Positions 1-15,000 of a stretch of DNA of 64,000 nt are shown here, one piece after another (positions within the stretch are counted from its first letter, which is position 1; every line of letters begins with the position of its first letter). Location of the stretch: contig CDMY01000897.1 in assembly GCA_001179505.1 (NCBI GenBank), positions 124,001 to 188,000 of the forward strand, in the 5' to 3' direction. This DNA is from Vitrella brassicaformis CCMP3155. Its lineage: Eukaryota; Protista; Chromerida. The notes under the pieces were generated by a model. The model was not told where the DNA came from. It did not search any database and saw nothing but the letters and a program-made list of their open reading frames with translations. The position numbers were made by a program, and so were the translations under genes.

Positions 1-3000
1 TCGACCAAGGGAGGTGAGGAGTTCTGGGTCAAGATTGTGCCCGCGTTCCTCTTCGAGAAGATCAGTCTCGACGCCGTCAACTCCTTCCTCAAGTCCGGGC
101 ACTTCAACAAAATCGTCGGCCTGCTTGTGCAAGGTAGGTGGCCTTTCCAACAATCCGCCGAAGCCACAAACGGCAGCAAAGCATTTGTGACTGTCCAACA
201 GGCAAGGATAATCGGTTCCGCGCGTCATCGTCCGTGCTGTACAGTCTGAGTTGGCTGCACGGCGTCATAGCCAACAGCAACATGACCGAAGAGCTGCCCG
301 AGTTCGACCCTGCTAATGTCGACCTGCTGCCGTTGCTGCGGCTCACACGCACTCTTGTGCAGAAGTGCGCCACGCTGAGGCCCGATGCCAAAGAGTTGGA
401 ACTCATGAGGGAGCATCTGTCAATCACTGAGGTACAGAATGGTTGATGATGAGAAGTGATGGCTTCCGTCAAATTCGTTTGTATGTGTCATCGTGTCACC
501 AGAGAACTCTCTATCGCCTGGCCCAGATATCCAAGTTCCGGACAGCCCTTCTTGGCGGAGAGGACTGGGAGAACCTTCCCCTCTTGCTCGAGATCCTGCA
601 GCACCGCCTCACACCCGAATGGATCGCAGCCATGACGCGACTGCTGGCAGTCCTGCAAGACCATGACCCTGCCAGCGTCCCGTCTGTCTTTTCAGCGCTT
701 CTCCTGTACGTCCCCGAGAGGGCAGAACTGATGAGTGCCAACCGTGCCACCGCAGTTGGGCACGTGCTGAATGCCTATGGCCGTCTGTTGGAGGAAGGCC
801 TCATCCCCACGTTTCTCGAAACGTTCCGGCGGGGTGGCTTCACGAGTGTGACGGGATCAGGCCCCATGTCAAGTGCGCTCAGGGGAGCCGTCGACAGCAC
901 GAAGCGGTCTGACGTGAGCCACGTTGTAAACATGCTCACGTTCCAGGAGGACACGGCCGTGCGGGCCAGCTGTCTTCGAGTGCTGCGGGCGCTGGGCACA
1001 CGGAGATACCGCGAGCAGCCGATTCTATCTATCTGCCGCCTGCACAACCTGTCGATGCAAAACGCAGCCGCCAGCTTCGCAGCAGCCAAGAATCAGACGG
1101 GCGAGGGACTTCCATCTGCCGGCCTGGCATACCCCCTTCCGTCTGAGTGCCTGGTCATGCCTCCCTTCGCCTACTCTGTGTGGGTCTACCCCGTGCAGCC
1201 CATCACCCAGGCCGTCAAGTCGCAGTTCGTCTTTACTCACGTGTCAGACTCGCATGCAACCTGGCCAATCAGCCTCGTCGTGACACCCATCGGCACTCTG
1301 GGGGTCCGGATCGGCCCCGAGTCGGCGCCGAGCGGCCGCACAGAGCTGGTGGTTAGGGAACTGCAGTGGTCGCATCTCGTGCTGGTCGTGGAGCGCAAGA
1401 AGGCCGTCGCGTACGTCAACGGCATCAAGGCGTGCGAGGCCCACCTAGCAGCGCAGGATGCTCAATCTGACATCTCTTCGACTCAGACCGCACGGACGTC
1501 GAGAAGATTAGGGGGCGTGTGCTATGTTGGAGTCCCTCCACCGGATGTGGTGGGTTTCAGCACGGCGAACTGGTTCTTTCCGGGATACGTCTATAGGCTG
1601 ACATACCATGATGAAGGGCTCGCGGCGCAGGTACACGAAAAACGAAAGAATGCATGACTTCGGGAAGCTTGCCAACATCACTTGTCCTGTCTCTCTCACA
1701 GGACGTCGAACAGATCTACGACATGTCAGTAGCCAACACGTCAAGCCTGCCGTCCGCCGAGGAGCTCGAGGCCCTCGAAGGCCATCGCCGCACCCTCACC
1801 TTCCCCAGTCATCGATTCCTGCCCAACCCACTCTACTATGTCACATCCAGCGACTCGTGGGACCAGCTCAGCCCAGTCATCAGAGACACGCTAGCGTCGC
1901 GAGCTCATTTGACTGACGAAGGGAGAAGCGGCCCCATAGCTGAGCTGCGAAGAGAGGGCGGCGGGCTGTTTGCAACGCTTCTGGACCTCGAGAAGCAGAT
2001 CAAGCCGTACCAACGCAGCTATGCGGCCAACTTCTCAAGCCTCGTCGGCCCGAGTGTGCTGCGCCTCAAGATCATGCCAGACTCGCCCGAGGACTCGGAC
2101 TTCACTATCGAGACCAAACTGAGGTGGCGACAATACCTCGCGCAGAACGAGAACGTGCCAGTGCAGACCATCCTTGCGCAATCTGGATCGAAGGGGCGCT
2201 TCGACGCGGGCAAGGAGGGAAGACAGTGCCTCTTGACACTGGAGACAGGCCCGATGCCCGCGGATGGCAGCGGCATGCCGGCAGGAGACGGCGAGCGAGG
2301 CTGCTGGCAGGTCGTGTTCCGCTACTACGGCTTCGAGCACCGACTGGCCATCCCGCCGATCACTGGTGAGTGGCTGCACATCGTGGTCATGAATGACGGC
2401 AGCATATGTAAGCTGGCGGCCGACTGGGACGGCAAGCAGCAAGCCATTTACGAAGGCCAGCACGGCACCAGTGACGTCCGGATGAACATGAACTGCACCA
2501 TCGGGTGCGACTTTGACATGACGACCGACAAGCCCCTGCACCCCCTCATGTGCGACATGGCCTTCCTTCGCGTCTGGTCTGGGCCAGAGGAGCCCACCAA
2601 GTTGGTGGAGTATGGGTTGCCGACGGCAGAGCACCCCTACGTGACAGCCACACTTACGGACGTCGAGTGGTCGCTCGTGCCATTCGTCAAGCGAGACGGA
2701 AAGGCCTGTCTCCTACAGCTGTAAGACAGATGTACACAATGCATCTCACATTGTCAACACACGTCTTTGTCTATGTCTATCTCCCTGGCTGCAGTGCACC
2801 AAGACGGTATCACCCGCTGAAGGAGGACGACCGCGAGCTCTTTCCTGGCGTTGCTCTAGTGTGCAGCGACGCAGACATCCCCGGCCTCACAGTGTGCCAC
2901 GCTGACCACTCGACCGACTTTTTCCTCGCATCGTCCGCAACCCGAAGCAGAGCATCGCCTCTCGTGACCGGCGCGAGAGACAAGGGCCTATATATCGGGG

Positions 3001-6000
3001 CACGAGAGCTGCGCGAGCAAGCCTTCATCCACCAGATCGAGTGCTGCATCCACGACAGCGGCCATCGATACGCCGCTGAGAACATGGTGCAGGACCACCA
3101 GCGGGCCAGGAAGCTGCCCGAGTGCTGGATCGGCCTCTATGCTACAGAGGGCGGCAGCATCGACAGCAAGCAGCCCATGTACAAGCTGAACCTCGTCGAG
3201 TGCCGCGCGCAGCCCGACCAGAGGCTCACCACACCCGTGCAAGACTCACGCCTGGACGATGAGGCAGGCATCAACTCGACATTCAAGCAGCTGACGCGGC
3301 GGGGCTGCACCGTGACGCTCCAGCTGTGTTTCGCCGATCAAACGCTCTGGGTGTCAGCGTTTGTCAACCGGAAAATCGTTCACTCCGCGTACATTCGCCT
3401 GAATGCCTTTGCCAGGCCCATCACGGCCGTGGTGCCGGCCGCCTTCGTGTCTGACCGCAGCCACTGCATCCACTTTCTGCCCACCCTCTTCACCAGGCTG
3501 TCGATCGGGGCGCTGGAGGTGCGCCTGCCCGACAAGGGCACCACGAGGAAGCTGGCCGCCCATCTGCCGCACTACATGATCCCGGACATCTCTGGCAAGG
3601 CGATGCCTCCCAGGCCAGAGACATTCACGTCGGTCTTCACGGTCTACTGTCCTGTCTCGGCCAGCGAGGCCAAATTCTCGCACCACGACACCGACAGAAA
3701 GATCTTTCAACGAGTGGCGCTGCAATACGAAAACGCGGCTGAGGGTGGGTGCAGGGGGGTTTTGGAGGTGCTGCGTGAGGGGCTGCGAGTGAGACGAGGG
3801 GCAGAGATGCCCGTGACTTTCCCCGAGGATGCCATCGTCCTGGCGGCCCTGTGCAGGAGCCAGAGTGTGTGGCGTCAAGTCAGCCAGGAAGGTGAGTGCA
3901 TTCGGGGGCCCGTGTGCTTGTCTAAACATTGATGTCACCCGTCTCTTGTCTCCGATGCCCCAGATACCCTGCTGCACGACTGTCTGGCTGAGATGGCGAC
4001 AGTAGAGCTGAGAGGGTCTATCGAGCAGGTCTTCACCGCTCTCAAGCAGAAGGTGGCCGTCGTGTCGTCCCTGCAGATCCTCATCCGCATACAGCACACC
4101 CACCGGAGCCTCGTCGACCAGGGCTACGACCGCATCCTCAGAGACATCTTGCGGGAGGGGCTGGAGGATCTGCGCGACCAGGTGTCTGCCATCACGAGTG
4201 TGACCAACAAGATGGCCAATCGCGAGCAGCGCATACAGGGCTGGAGGATCAAACGGATGGCAGCAGAGAGCATGTACCGCCTGCTCAGGTGAGACATGTT
4301 GTCGGCATCCAATTTCTGAGTCACTTTCTTGTACGATCCTTGTCCGTGTTTAGATCTACGTCGACGTACCTGAAGCCTCAAGTGACTCCAGGTAGGCAGC
4401 CGCACACAAACCAGGGATTCGACATGTCTTGTCGCTGTGTGTGTTGTGATGTCAGTGCTGATGGACGACTTCATGCGTCTGAGCCAGGGAGTGCCCGGCA
4501 CATCCGTGGACCAGCAGCTCATCCGAGACAGAATCGCAGACTGCAGGGAAATCATCGCGTCAGACCTCAGCCTGGTAGGCTGGGCAGGCACACATGGACC
4601 CACGAACAAGTGGAAGCAGAAACACATTCACGTTTTGTCAGTTCATTGAGGCCTTAACGACGGAGCGTCACTTCCAACAGCTGAGTCCCGGCCTGCTGAA
4701 GAGCGTCCTCAACACTCTGGTTTTCATGATCGCCTACGATCCCTTCCCCGTCAAGATCGTCGAGTCCGACCATAGCCCATCGAAGCTCAAGGGCCTCAAG
4801 ACGGGCAAGAACCCATGTGAGGTCAAGGGCGCGTCGCGTCTTGAAGTCACATTCGACAAGGTGACGACCGACAGACGGCGAAAAACCACTCTCACGCCAA
4901 GGACGATACACATGATGCGCATCGTCTTTTCAGGGTTTTGAGATTATGCAAGGGTGCGTCAACTTCTATGTGGGCAGCGACCTGGTGGCCAAGTATGGCG
5001 CTCAACAGCACGCCACACCCGACTACGTCCTCCGCATCCAAAACGACTCATTCGATTTCGAGTTCATCGAGCGGCCCGACACCACCAGCACGTCTGGCAG
5101 GGGGGAAGGCGGCGAGCGGTTGAGTACCGCGGGAGAGTGCAGGGGGTATCGCTTGTTGGTTCGAGCCTTCTACGACTCGGATGACGAGCCGCTGGTGCTC
5201 AAGAAGCGGCAGAGCATTCTTGAGAAGAAGGGATTTGTGTCTGCGCTGGTGGGCATGCACTCGGACTTCTCGGGCGGCGGGAGGGACAAGGAGCAGCAAG
5301 AGATAGATGAGTCGATCGAGAACATCCTCTCGCACCTCACAAATCTAGGTATGCTTGCACACTCTGAGCGTTTGTCGCGCGGTCCTTTTCACACGCGTGT
5401 CTTCTGTGGATATCTGCAGGCCCAGACCCGCCACACACAGCGATTCTTTCCGAGCCCCGCGTGTTCCGACTGATGCAGGGCATCTTGGAGCATCGCCCCG
5501 ATCTGTCCAAGAGCTCGGCCTCCGGCTCGCGTCAAACCTCTCCCCTGCTGTCCAAGCACGTGTCGGCTGCTCGCCTCTACTACGGCCTGTCCAAGACGGA
5601 GGAAGGGCGGGCATTCTTCGCCAATCATCGCAAAGTCCTGGATTTGATCGTCAAGATATCTGCCGAGGCGTCAGACGAGAGCACGGTGGACGATGAGGGC
5701 CTGGTGCCCTACCCCCACACGGCGACCTGGTTCGACCGCCCCTACATCATATACACGCTGACCTCTTTCTCAAACAAGCCTTCCACGTGGTTCCTGCCGA
5801 CCAAGCTGACCTACATCGCCCCCAGCCAGCCCACTGCCCAGCTGCAGTGCGACTTTGGACGGGGCGTGACGGTGTGGACCATGTCGTTTCATTTTTTCTT
5901 GTTGGCTGACCTGGGAGAGGAGGCGGGCAAGGGGGGCTCCACGCGATCGTTCATCATCTACAAGGGCACGGGGCCCACAGACGTGCAGATCGCCATCGGC

Positions 6001-9000
6001 TTTGTGTCGACAGCAGAGTCGGCTGGTACCACCCGCGGCAACCCCCTGTATCTCCACTGGATCACTCAAGTGAGAAGCGGTTGCCCGAGCAGAGAGACAG
6101 GCAATCCGCTGCTGCTGTTTGTCCCCTGTTCAGGATCATCCGATTGAGAGGGTCATTCCGGCCGCGTCCATCAGCCTATACGAGTGGAGCCACATCGTTG
6201 TATCGCTGGACGACAAGAACCTCACGGTCATGAAGAACGCAGATGTGGTCTTCCGCGAGCGACTGGACGCACCCATCCCCTTGCAAGCATCGTCCATCCC
6301 TGATCTTTACCTCGGTGCACTCCTGTCGCCTCACCCGATTTCATGCAAATCCTCTGTTTGATCCATGTAGGTTGCCCCGAGTGGGTTGAGGAGAGCGCCA
6401 CGGTGCCCCACGGGTGGCTCTACAGTTTCTCGGTCTACTCCAACCAAGCATTCGACCAAGTCAACGCACAGGCAGTCAAGTACAGAGAAGAGAGCGCTGC
6501 ATGGGCCTCCACACCTGTCCAGCACACGGTGTCGGACCTGCACGGCATCGACGATGTTCCCGACCCCATCCACATGCCGATCGACACCATTAAGGTGTTC
6601 GACTGTCGTGACCAAGTGGCCTCAGACGAGGGCATTGCTGTGCTTGTCGACCTGCTGCGAAGTGACCTGGAGACACAAGTGCAGGCGGCCGCCGATGCGC
6701 TCAAGAATCTTGCCGATCCCACAGTGGCGTCAGGCATGGCGCGGATAGTGAAGGTGCTGCAGAAGTCTGGCGGGCGCGGGTCTCGAGTGCAGCTGCTGGT
6801 GTCGGTGATGGAGAATACAACCAATCCAAAAATCTTCGCTGCCGTAGCTGAGCTGGCAAGCAGCATCCTCAACTGGGAGAATCCGCCGGGAACGCCTGGT
6901 CTTGACATCGAAAATAGGGAGCTGCTCATCTCGAAGATCCTGCGGCCGCTGGAGAAAGACAAGGGAATGAAGAGAGCTCGCGAGCCAGTGATTGTCCTGC
7001 AGCTCCAGGCGTGTCTCGGCAACCCCCGGAACGCAGACATTCTGGCGCGCGACAACATGGGCACTGTGCCGACATTGTTTGAGTTCCTGCAGTCGGAGAA
7101 CCCCACGACGGTCGCCAGGACTCTGCAGCTGATGCTCAACATGCTGCAGCACCCTAAGGGCGAGGCCTGGGCCAAGGACATCTGCTCCAGCGCCAACCTC
7201 AAAACACTCATGCAGCGAAGGGAGTCGGGGGGCTCGAGAGAGATCAAACAGGGATACGAGCGCCTCCTTAACCGGGTCAGTTAGCTCATTCTGATCGATC
7301 GATCGATCGGTGATAGTCATCCATTTGTCTGTTGTCTTTCAGGTGTTGCGGGTGGCAGACTCTGCGACGGTTATGAACACACTGATCAACATGGAGGGCC
7401 TCAGCCCCGAAGAGGAGCGCTTCGTTGCCCAAGTCCTCTACTGCTCCCTCGCTGTGGTCGATGCCTCCAAGAACAGCGGTCCCATCGAGGTTCCACCGCC
7501 CCAGGAGGCGCGAGAGAGCGTCGACGGCATGGCGCCAGTCAAAGTGCTCACGCTTGCTGGCGCCCCGGGCATCAGCGTGTTTGTGCAGCCGATGGTCAGC
7601 ATGCGGGCCCTTGGATCGCGAGTGTACCTGCGCGTCTACACCGACTCGCGAGAGCCGGTGGCTAACGATCCCAACGAGGTCTACTTGTGGGTGGCGCCAT
7701 CTGAATCGGACCTGGAAAGGAGCAAGAACTGCATCATCATACACGTGAGTCATGCCCACAAGATAGCTCTGCAGTATTGTGAAAACGAAGAGAACTGCAT
7801 GTGTGCAGGCTGTGATGCGTCCACACGACCCCCGTGAGGGCGGCAAGGGTGAACGGTGGTCGACGGGACAGATCCACGTCCGCGACGTCCACTTCAGCGA
7901 CAAGGTCTACTACCGGCTGCAGTACCTGGGAGGTAGTAGGCTGCAGCAGTACTACGAGCAGCTCGGAGACCGCAGCGGCCAAGACCCAGACTCACCCGAC
8001 GAGCCGCCACGCCTGCAGCTCATGGCACAGGCACTGGTGAGCCTCAAAATGGACGTCAATGTGGTTGTTCCTGGATTGTGTGTCTCTGTGCTTGGACAAC
8101 AGGACATGGTGATCAATCTTGAGGCCAGAAGGGCTCAGACAAATTGTCAGGAGGTCTTCAAGGTGCCCTTGGGTTTCCCGCGCAACCGCACGGTGGCGTC
8201 GTGGATTCTGCGTCGTCTGGAGGAGATCGAGGATGACATCAGAAAGGAGATGGAGAAGACCAAGAAAGAGGACGAAGAGGAGGAGGGTACGCGCCTCAAT
8301 CTAGTGTGGATCTGTATAGCACGGCAGAGTACATAATGTCTCCTGTTATTGTCTCTTGATGTATGTCGACGTCAGGGCACGAGGGCATCAAGGAGGGCAA
8401 AGAGCAAGAGGAGGAGGCCGAGACAGAGGTCGACGAGTCGGGACTCATCCTTTTCCACCATCGCCTCTTCCGCGCTGCCGGCATGGCCAGGGCTGCCGGC
8501 CAGTCACTGGATGTTCTGCGAGACGGAGAAATAGCCGCATCGGGGCAGGACATCGACGCCGAGGCCCGTGTGGAGGAGCAGAAATCGCAGAAATCGACTT
8601 TCGCATCGTCCTTCAGCCTTTCTGTGGAGGCCAGAAGAAAGCGAGAGGTGCAGCGGTGGATCGCCCAGTGCCTCACGGCCATCACCAAAGGCAACCCCAG
8701 GAAGGTGGCCGAGGACGCCTTCCGCAACCGCGTGCTAAAGCTGATCGACTCGACGGATCCCTTCATCTCACAAGCCATCTGCGAGTGCCTCAACGTCATT
8801 CTCTCGACCTCCTCCCAGCAGTCGTCCGTTTTGTCGGACGAGAATGTGCAGAAGCTGTTGGCGAGCATGGCCAAGGCCTTCGAGCAGCCAGACACCGCAG
8901 AGCGGTCGCTGCTGTCGATGGCCAACATCCTGCAGCGCTACGTGGAGCACATCTCCGCCGGACAAGTTCGGGTTAGCGAGCTGACGAATGAGAAGGCCTC

Positions 9001-12000
9001 TGTGCGAATCGTGCGGCCGCTGCTGGAGCTGTTGAACCGATACGGCAAGTCAGCTGTCTTCTCGATCATCCGGCAGGGCATGGCGCACGACATCATCACT
9101 GCAGACAGCTTCATGTCCGTCTCAGCTGCCAGAATGGTCAGCAAGCGATCGACAGCGAAGGAATCCGCGGAGACGGAAAAAGCGGCACAGCTAAATTTGA
9201 TGCTCGCACCAATGGAGAGGGCCGTCAAACACCTCACGTCCAAGACGCATATCGATGCCACCGCGGCGTATGAGGACCTTGAACTGCTGTTCAATGCCGC
9301 ATCGGTGCTCAAGAACATCTGTCGCACAAGCAGACGAGAGGAACATGCCCAACTGATTCGTTCGGGAATTGTCGGCCGCCTCCTGTTCCTGCTTGACGGG
9401 CTGGGACAGGTGATCCCCAGATGCGCCGATCGGCGACATTTCGACTACGTCGTGCCCGACAATCTGAAGACGCGCGAGGGCATCTTCGAGCACCCAACAT
9501 ACATCGTGCTGCCATACACAGCCAACGTGCGCATCTTCCGGGGCGCGTGTGCGGGCGTCTCCAATATCTGTCAGTGCCTGAGCAACCTGCTCAAGACCGA
9601 CTGCCTGGCACTCATACAGATGCTGTCGCACAACGATGGCGAGGGCATGCAGGCGCTCTACGGCATCCTCCCCGAGGTGAACGTCGATGCCGGCTGCAAC
9701 GATTTTCAGATCACGTCGCGGCCGACCGGGATTGAAGAGATCCGCCTGATGGTGCAAGCACTCATGGCCATCAGCCGTTGCTGCCTGCGGAAGATCCGAG
9801 CGCGAGCGGTGGAGGTGGTGTACCACTGTCTGCACCCTTACGGGCCGAAGGTGCCGCAGTGCCCGGCCAAGGTGCAGGACGTGGTAGAGCCTTGTCACGA
9901 CTACCGTATCTACTACGGCATGCAGGGCGGCGACCAGGCTAAAGACCATCCCGACCCGATTATCCATCTGCCATCGAGACACGAGCGACACTTCACATTC
10001 ACCATGTGGACGCGAACCGACAAGCCGTTGAGGACCGTCATCGATGTGGTTTACGACTGTCATTCCACGTCGATGACCAAGCTGGACCTCGACACAGCCA
10101 TCGAGAAGCACGAAGATAAGGGTCCCATACGGGCAAAACTCAAAGTGCTCAAGAGACAGGACACATACTGGTTCCGATACGAGGAGGAGCGGATCGCCGG
10201 ATACCTGCAGCTGCGGCGGGAGTGGACGTGGCACGGCAGAGACACACAGGCGGTCAAGCTCCTCACAGGGCACAAGGGATGGACCTTCTTCGCATTCCAA
10301 GTCAAGGTCATTGAAAGCCCCATGAAGGGCCGCCCTGACGACGAAAAGACCACAGGTGAACTGAGCCGGAGAAGACGCCATTGATTTAGATGCACCGGTG
10401 TGTCTCTGTGTATATATGTTTGTGTCTCAGCGCATCGTGGCGAGCTGGACTTCCAGGACACCCATGCGACCGCCTACCTGAAGTGTTTCTTCTTCGCCCC
10501 GCACGCCAGATCATCTGCCACGCAGATGCCCAAGGTTGATGAGTTCGAATTTGGCCACCCCAAATACGAGTACTTCAAGCCTGTCGACACGCGAGCCTGG
10601 AAGGCGTCGGCGGCCCTTGAGAGGCGCGACTCACAGATGTCCGACGAGGTGCCTGAGGCGCGGCCCAGCACAATGGTGACTGGCACACTGCCTGGCGTGA
10701 GGAGCAGGGGAGAGCTGTCGGCCGAGCGCGCCAAGTCTGGCATGTCGCTGGGCGGGGTCACCTCCGCGACACAACAGAGGATCCAAGAGCTGCAGAGGTA
10801 TGTAGACACGCTTGGGTGTATATGCATGTTCATCGATCGCTGGCTCTCTCTTCCTCGGTTCTTGTTGGTCGTGCAGCCGCGGTCTCGACTGGCCGACACA
10901 ACGTGAGCCAATGGAGGTGTTCATGCCCCTCCTCTTCCCCTTCCAGATGGAGAAAGACGCTGTGGCCGGACTGGTCGAGAAGTCCCCTCTCACGGTGAGC
11001 GTCCCGGTCTCCTTATGATCGGTTGACGCTTCTGCCTCCTGTTTCTCTGCATGACTTCGATCAGATCCGCATCGGCGAGAAGCGCGAGGAGGTCGTGAAG
11101 GCCATCCGCATGCCCGACGTCTTCGTCACCCACGATGTGGTGCAGCTGCTCGCGCCCTTTTGCGAGAAGCACATGAGCACCGACCTCCTCTCGCGGCTTT
11201 CGTGTCACTGCCTCTACCTCCTCCTCACAGCATTCGCCCGTCCACAGGGCACCGACGCAGGGGAGCTGCAAGACCGGCCCGAGGCAGCCGAGCTGCAGGA
11301 GCGGCTGCGGCAATTCACTTTCCTGCTCGTCCAGTTCCAGCACGTCATCACCAACACGCAGCGGCCGGATGAGCGGCTCGGGGCTCTCAGGATCGTCTGT
11401 GACGCACTCTGGAAGCTCTTCACGCGGGCTCAGAACTTTTACAGCGAGCAGGAGCTGGCCAACCGGCAGAAGAACATCGTCAGCGGCCAGGCGGACAACT
11501 ATTACGACATCCCATTCGTCGAACGGATCATCTCCCTGCTGGCCGAAGTTTGTGTGAGGTAAGCTGGAACACAAAATTACAGAGGACGCCGAAAATCATG
11601 TACGCCGAAAATCATTACAGACGGGACGGGAGCGCCATTCGGCCAGTCCAGGATTTCATAGCACAGGAGCTCCTTGTGGTTCACGAGAAAATGGCCATCC
11701 AGCGCCGTCCCGAGCCAGAGGCATCACACAACATCTACACGCGGTTTCGACAGCAGCGGCTCAAGGACGCCATCAGCGAGATAGACGACAAGCAGGCCAG
11801 CAGAGTTCAGGCCATCCTTATGGTAAGGCAACACAGAGACAGAGACACCTCATTGGTTGATACGTCTTCTGTCTGTCTGTGTGTCCCTTGTCAGAAACTC
11901 GTCGGCAGTCTCAGCGAGAGTAGCATCTTCACTCTCATCCGCATCGGCACATCGATCTTCTTCGAGCCCGCAGAACTGAGCGGAGTCGACGCCGAGTTCC

Positions 12001-15000
12001 ATCCGAGGGCCGACGAGAGGAGGATCCTCTGGGCGCACGACCGGTCGCAGCCAGAAAGGGGCAATGGCGGAGGTAGAGCCACATTCGCCACGGGATTCAC
12101 CAGGAACTTCAGCAGGTACAAGTGGATTCATGGATCCCCCTTTCTTATGTGCAAGTGTGTGTCGCTTTGTTCTGACCTTCATACAGGCTGATGTCCGGCA
12201 GCGTGACAGATGAGGACCGGACTGAACGATCAGTGGCCCTCCGCTATCTCTATCACTCGATGCTTCGTTTGCTCGCGGCCATATGTGCGGACCGCAATGA
12301 GACCAACTCGCTGCGGCTGCGGCAACTCATCCCCCTGCCGGTGGTGCAGAGCCAGCTCGTGCAGCGGGAGGTGCTGGGCTACGCCGGACACAAGTTCGAC
12401 TCGCCTGCCAGGATGGCCAGAGAACTCATCTACCAAAAGGTCCAATTGAGGTCTGTCACAATCAAAGTCTCTGCTTGATTTGTTTCTTTGATCAGACCAT
12501 GTTGGCTCGCTCAGACACCGGTCGACTCAGCCGAGCTCGCAGCCGGGCGTTCTCGCGTGCGTACTCGCAGATCAGTGGGCTGACTAGTCTCGGTGATCAG
12601 CTGGAGGGCGAGGGCCCGCGAGACAAGGCCGATCTGTCAGACATGAACGCCGTCTCAGCCAACATGTCGCTGCTGCTCCATGCTTTCCTCAATCAACCGC
12701 CTTTTGCTGACCAGTCGCACCGCAGCGTTGTGAAGCGCCAAGTCTATCTCGATGGGAGCAGAGCCGACGACGAGGCAGTGACAGAGGTGGTCACTGGCGG
12801 GATGCTGGTGATGAATGGCATGACAATGGAGGACCTGAAGCGACTCTGCTGGATGTGCTCGTGGCAAATGGCGTCGCTGGCCCTGCTGGTCACCGACTTG
12901 TGCGACAAGAAGCTGCTCAAGAAGGCGCCCAGGCAGACCTACACCGACACTTTGTTCGGCTACATCCGGGTGCTCGCACAGGTGATGGCCAAGCTGATTG
13001 GCCTCGGATTCTTCGAGTGCTTCAAATCTGAGGCGGAGAAGTCGTCGGATGCCGATGAGAAGCGGTCCGCAATGCAGATATACGACATGTCGCACGTCAT
13101 CGATTTGTTCACGGCCATGCACAAGGTGCAGAGCTGCTGGGACACAGTCATCTCGCCCGAGTCGAAAGCAGCAGTGACGGAAATGTGCCAGCTCATCAGT
13201 GTGGTGTGCTCGCTCATCATCAACAACCACATCGACCGATTCATGTTCTCGTTCAACTTCTACGTGCCTCCGAGAGTGCGGGCCAGCTTCCCTCCTCGCG
13301 GCCGCAATGTTGCCCTGGAGCGCTTCCAGCAGATGGGCGTCAAGCAGATCGACGAGAAGTGGATGCAGCTGGACCCGATCTTCAGGGAGACGATACAAGA
13401 GCTGACCATCACCTCACTGCCGTGGGAGCGACCCGACGCCACCGAAACCGAGTCGAGGCGCAACCTGTCCCAGTTCGTGCTTGCGCTGCTGGATTTCGCT
13501 GCAATGGGAGACTCCGCTCTGGCTATTGAGGTGACTCACTCAACGTGCACAAAAGGCATTCTTCTCGTTCACAGTGCCATGATTCCTGTCCTCTTTCAGT
13601 CAGTGAAGCTCCTGTCCCATCTGTGTCGGCGCCGGCGTGACTTGATACAGGCGCTAGACGATCTGCAACTGCTGGACACGGGTGATCGGGAGAAGTTCGT
13701 CGCTTTGGAGCCCTGGGTCAAGGAGACGGCCGTGGCCATCAGGGGCATCCAGAACGTGGAGCGAGTGCTGGAGAAGGAGAACCAATGGATAGTCCAGGAG
13801 AAACTCAAGAGCTACACCGTGCCATCTGAGAGCCTGGTGAGCGGGTGCAACGGATACATGAGTGATCGACACGTCTCGGCCTGAGTGTCTAATGGTCAGG
13901 GCGGAGGCGCCTGGCACGAAGAGGACCTTGCTGACGGGGCTGTTGTCCAGGTGGACGAGGAAGGAGCTGCCAGCTACGTGCAGCGCAACCAAACGGTCGT
14001 CATCATACTGCGATCGGCACACATGGCCGGCCTGCACGAGGAAATGAACCAGGACTTTCACATCAGAGGTGTCTCGAGGCGGCGAAAAGCGTTCGGTGCT
14101 GAGGCGGAGGACGTCAAGTTCTCGACCGATCCCCTCATCCTCGTGGGTGCAGCACCTGGCAGAAAGGTGAATAGTCACACACTCACTCAGTCCACCACAT
14201 CAGCTCGCATTTCTCTGACGCTACAGACGCACATCGAGGCCACTGCGGGCCAAATTCCTCTTGGCTTCACCGGTGGCGACGAAAGGGGCCACCTGTATGT
14301 CAATGGCGCTTTGTGGGAGAGCGGCTTTGGCGGCTTCACGACGGGCAGCTATGTTGGTGTGGAGCTGGACTACAGTGAGGCCACCAACCCCGTCATGTAC
14401 CTGTATGTCGACGGCCTGAGAGTGGCGGTGATTCCTCGGATCGAGTCGGAGCTCGTGCCTTGCGTGGGTCTGTCTGGAATGGGGCAGTCGGTCAAGATCG
14501 CCAGAGGACGGCCCAGAAGGGGAAAGGGACTCTTGCTGACAGGGGAAGACGTGAGCACTGATTTCACAAATTTCAAGAGAATCGATGCGTCTCTTTTCCC
14601 CTTGACTACATTTATATGCGTGCAGATGTCTGAGGAGACCTACACTCTTGACTTGGAGTACGATCCCGCCAAGGAGTGTTTCTTCCTCTCATCAACGGGC
14701 GCCACGCAGGAGGTGCCTACAGAGGAGGGCGCGGAGGCCCGACGGCTCCTCTATGAGGGATGGAACGCAGGTACACGGAAAGAGACACACATGCACAAAG
14801 ACAATGTTGTCCTGTGTGCGGCAGCGTATTCAACAACGAGCGGGTCTCGTCGGCAGGAGTGGCTCGACAAGATCAAGGCATTTGGCAAGGGGCCCCGCTT
14901 CATGGTCAACCCCCGCAAGAGCCACACCTGGTGCCTCAACGTCATGACCCTGTCGGACGCATTCATCGAGCGGGCCGAAATCACACGAGGCATACAGGCT

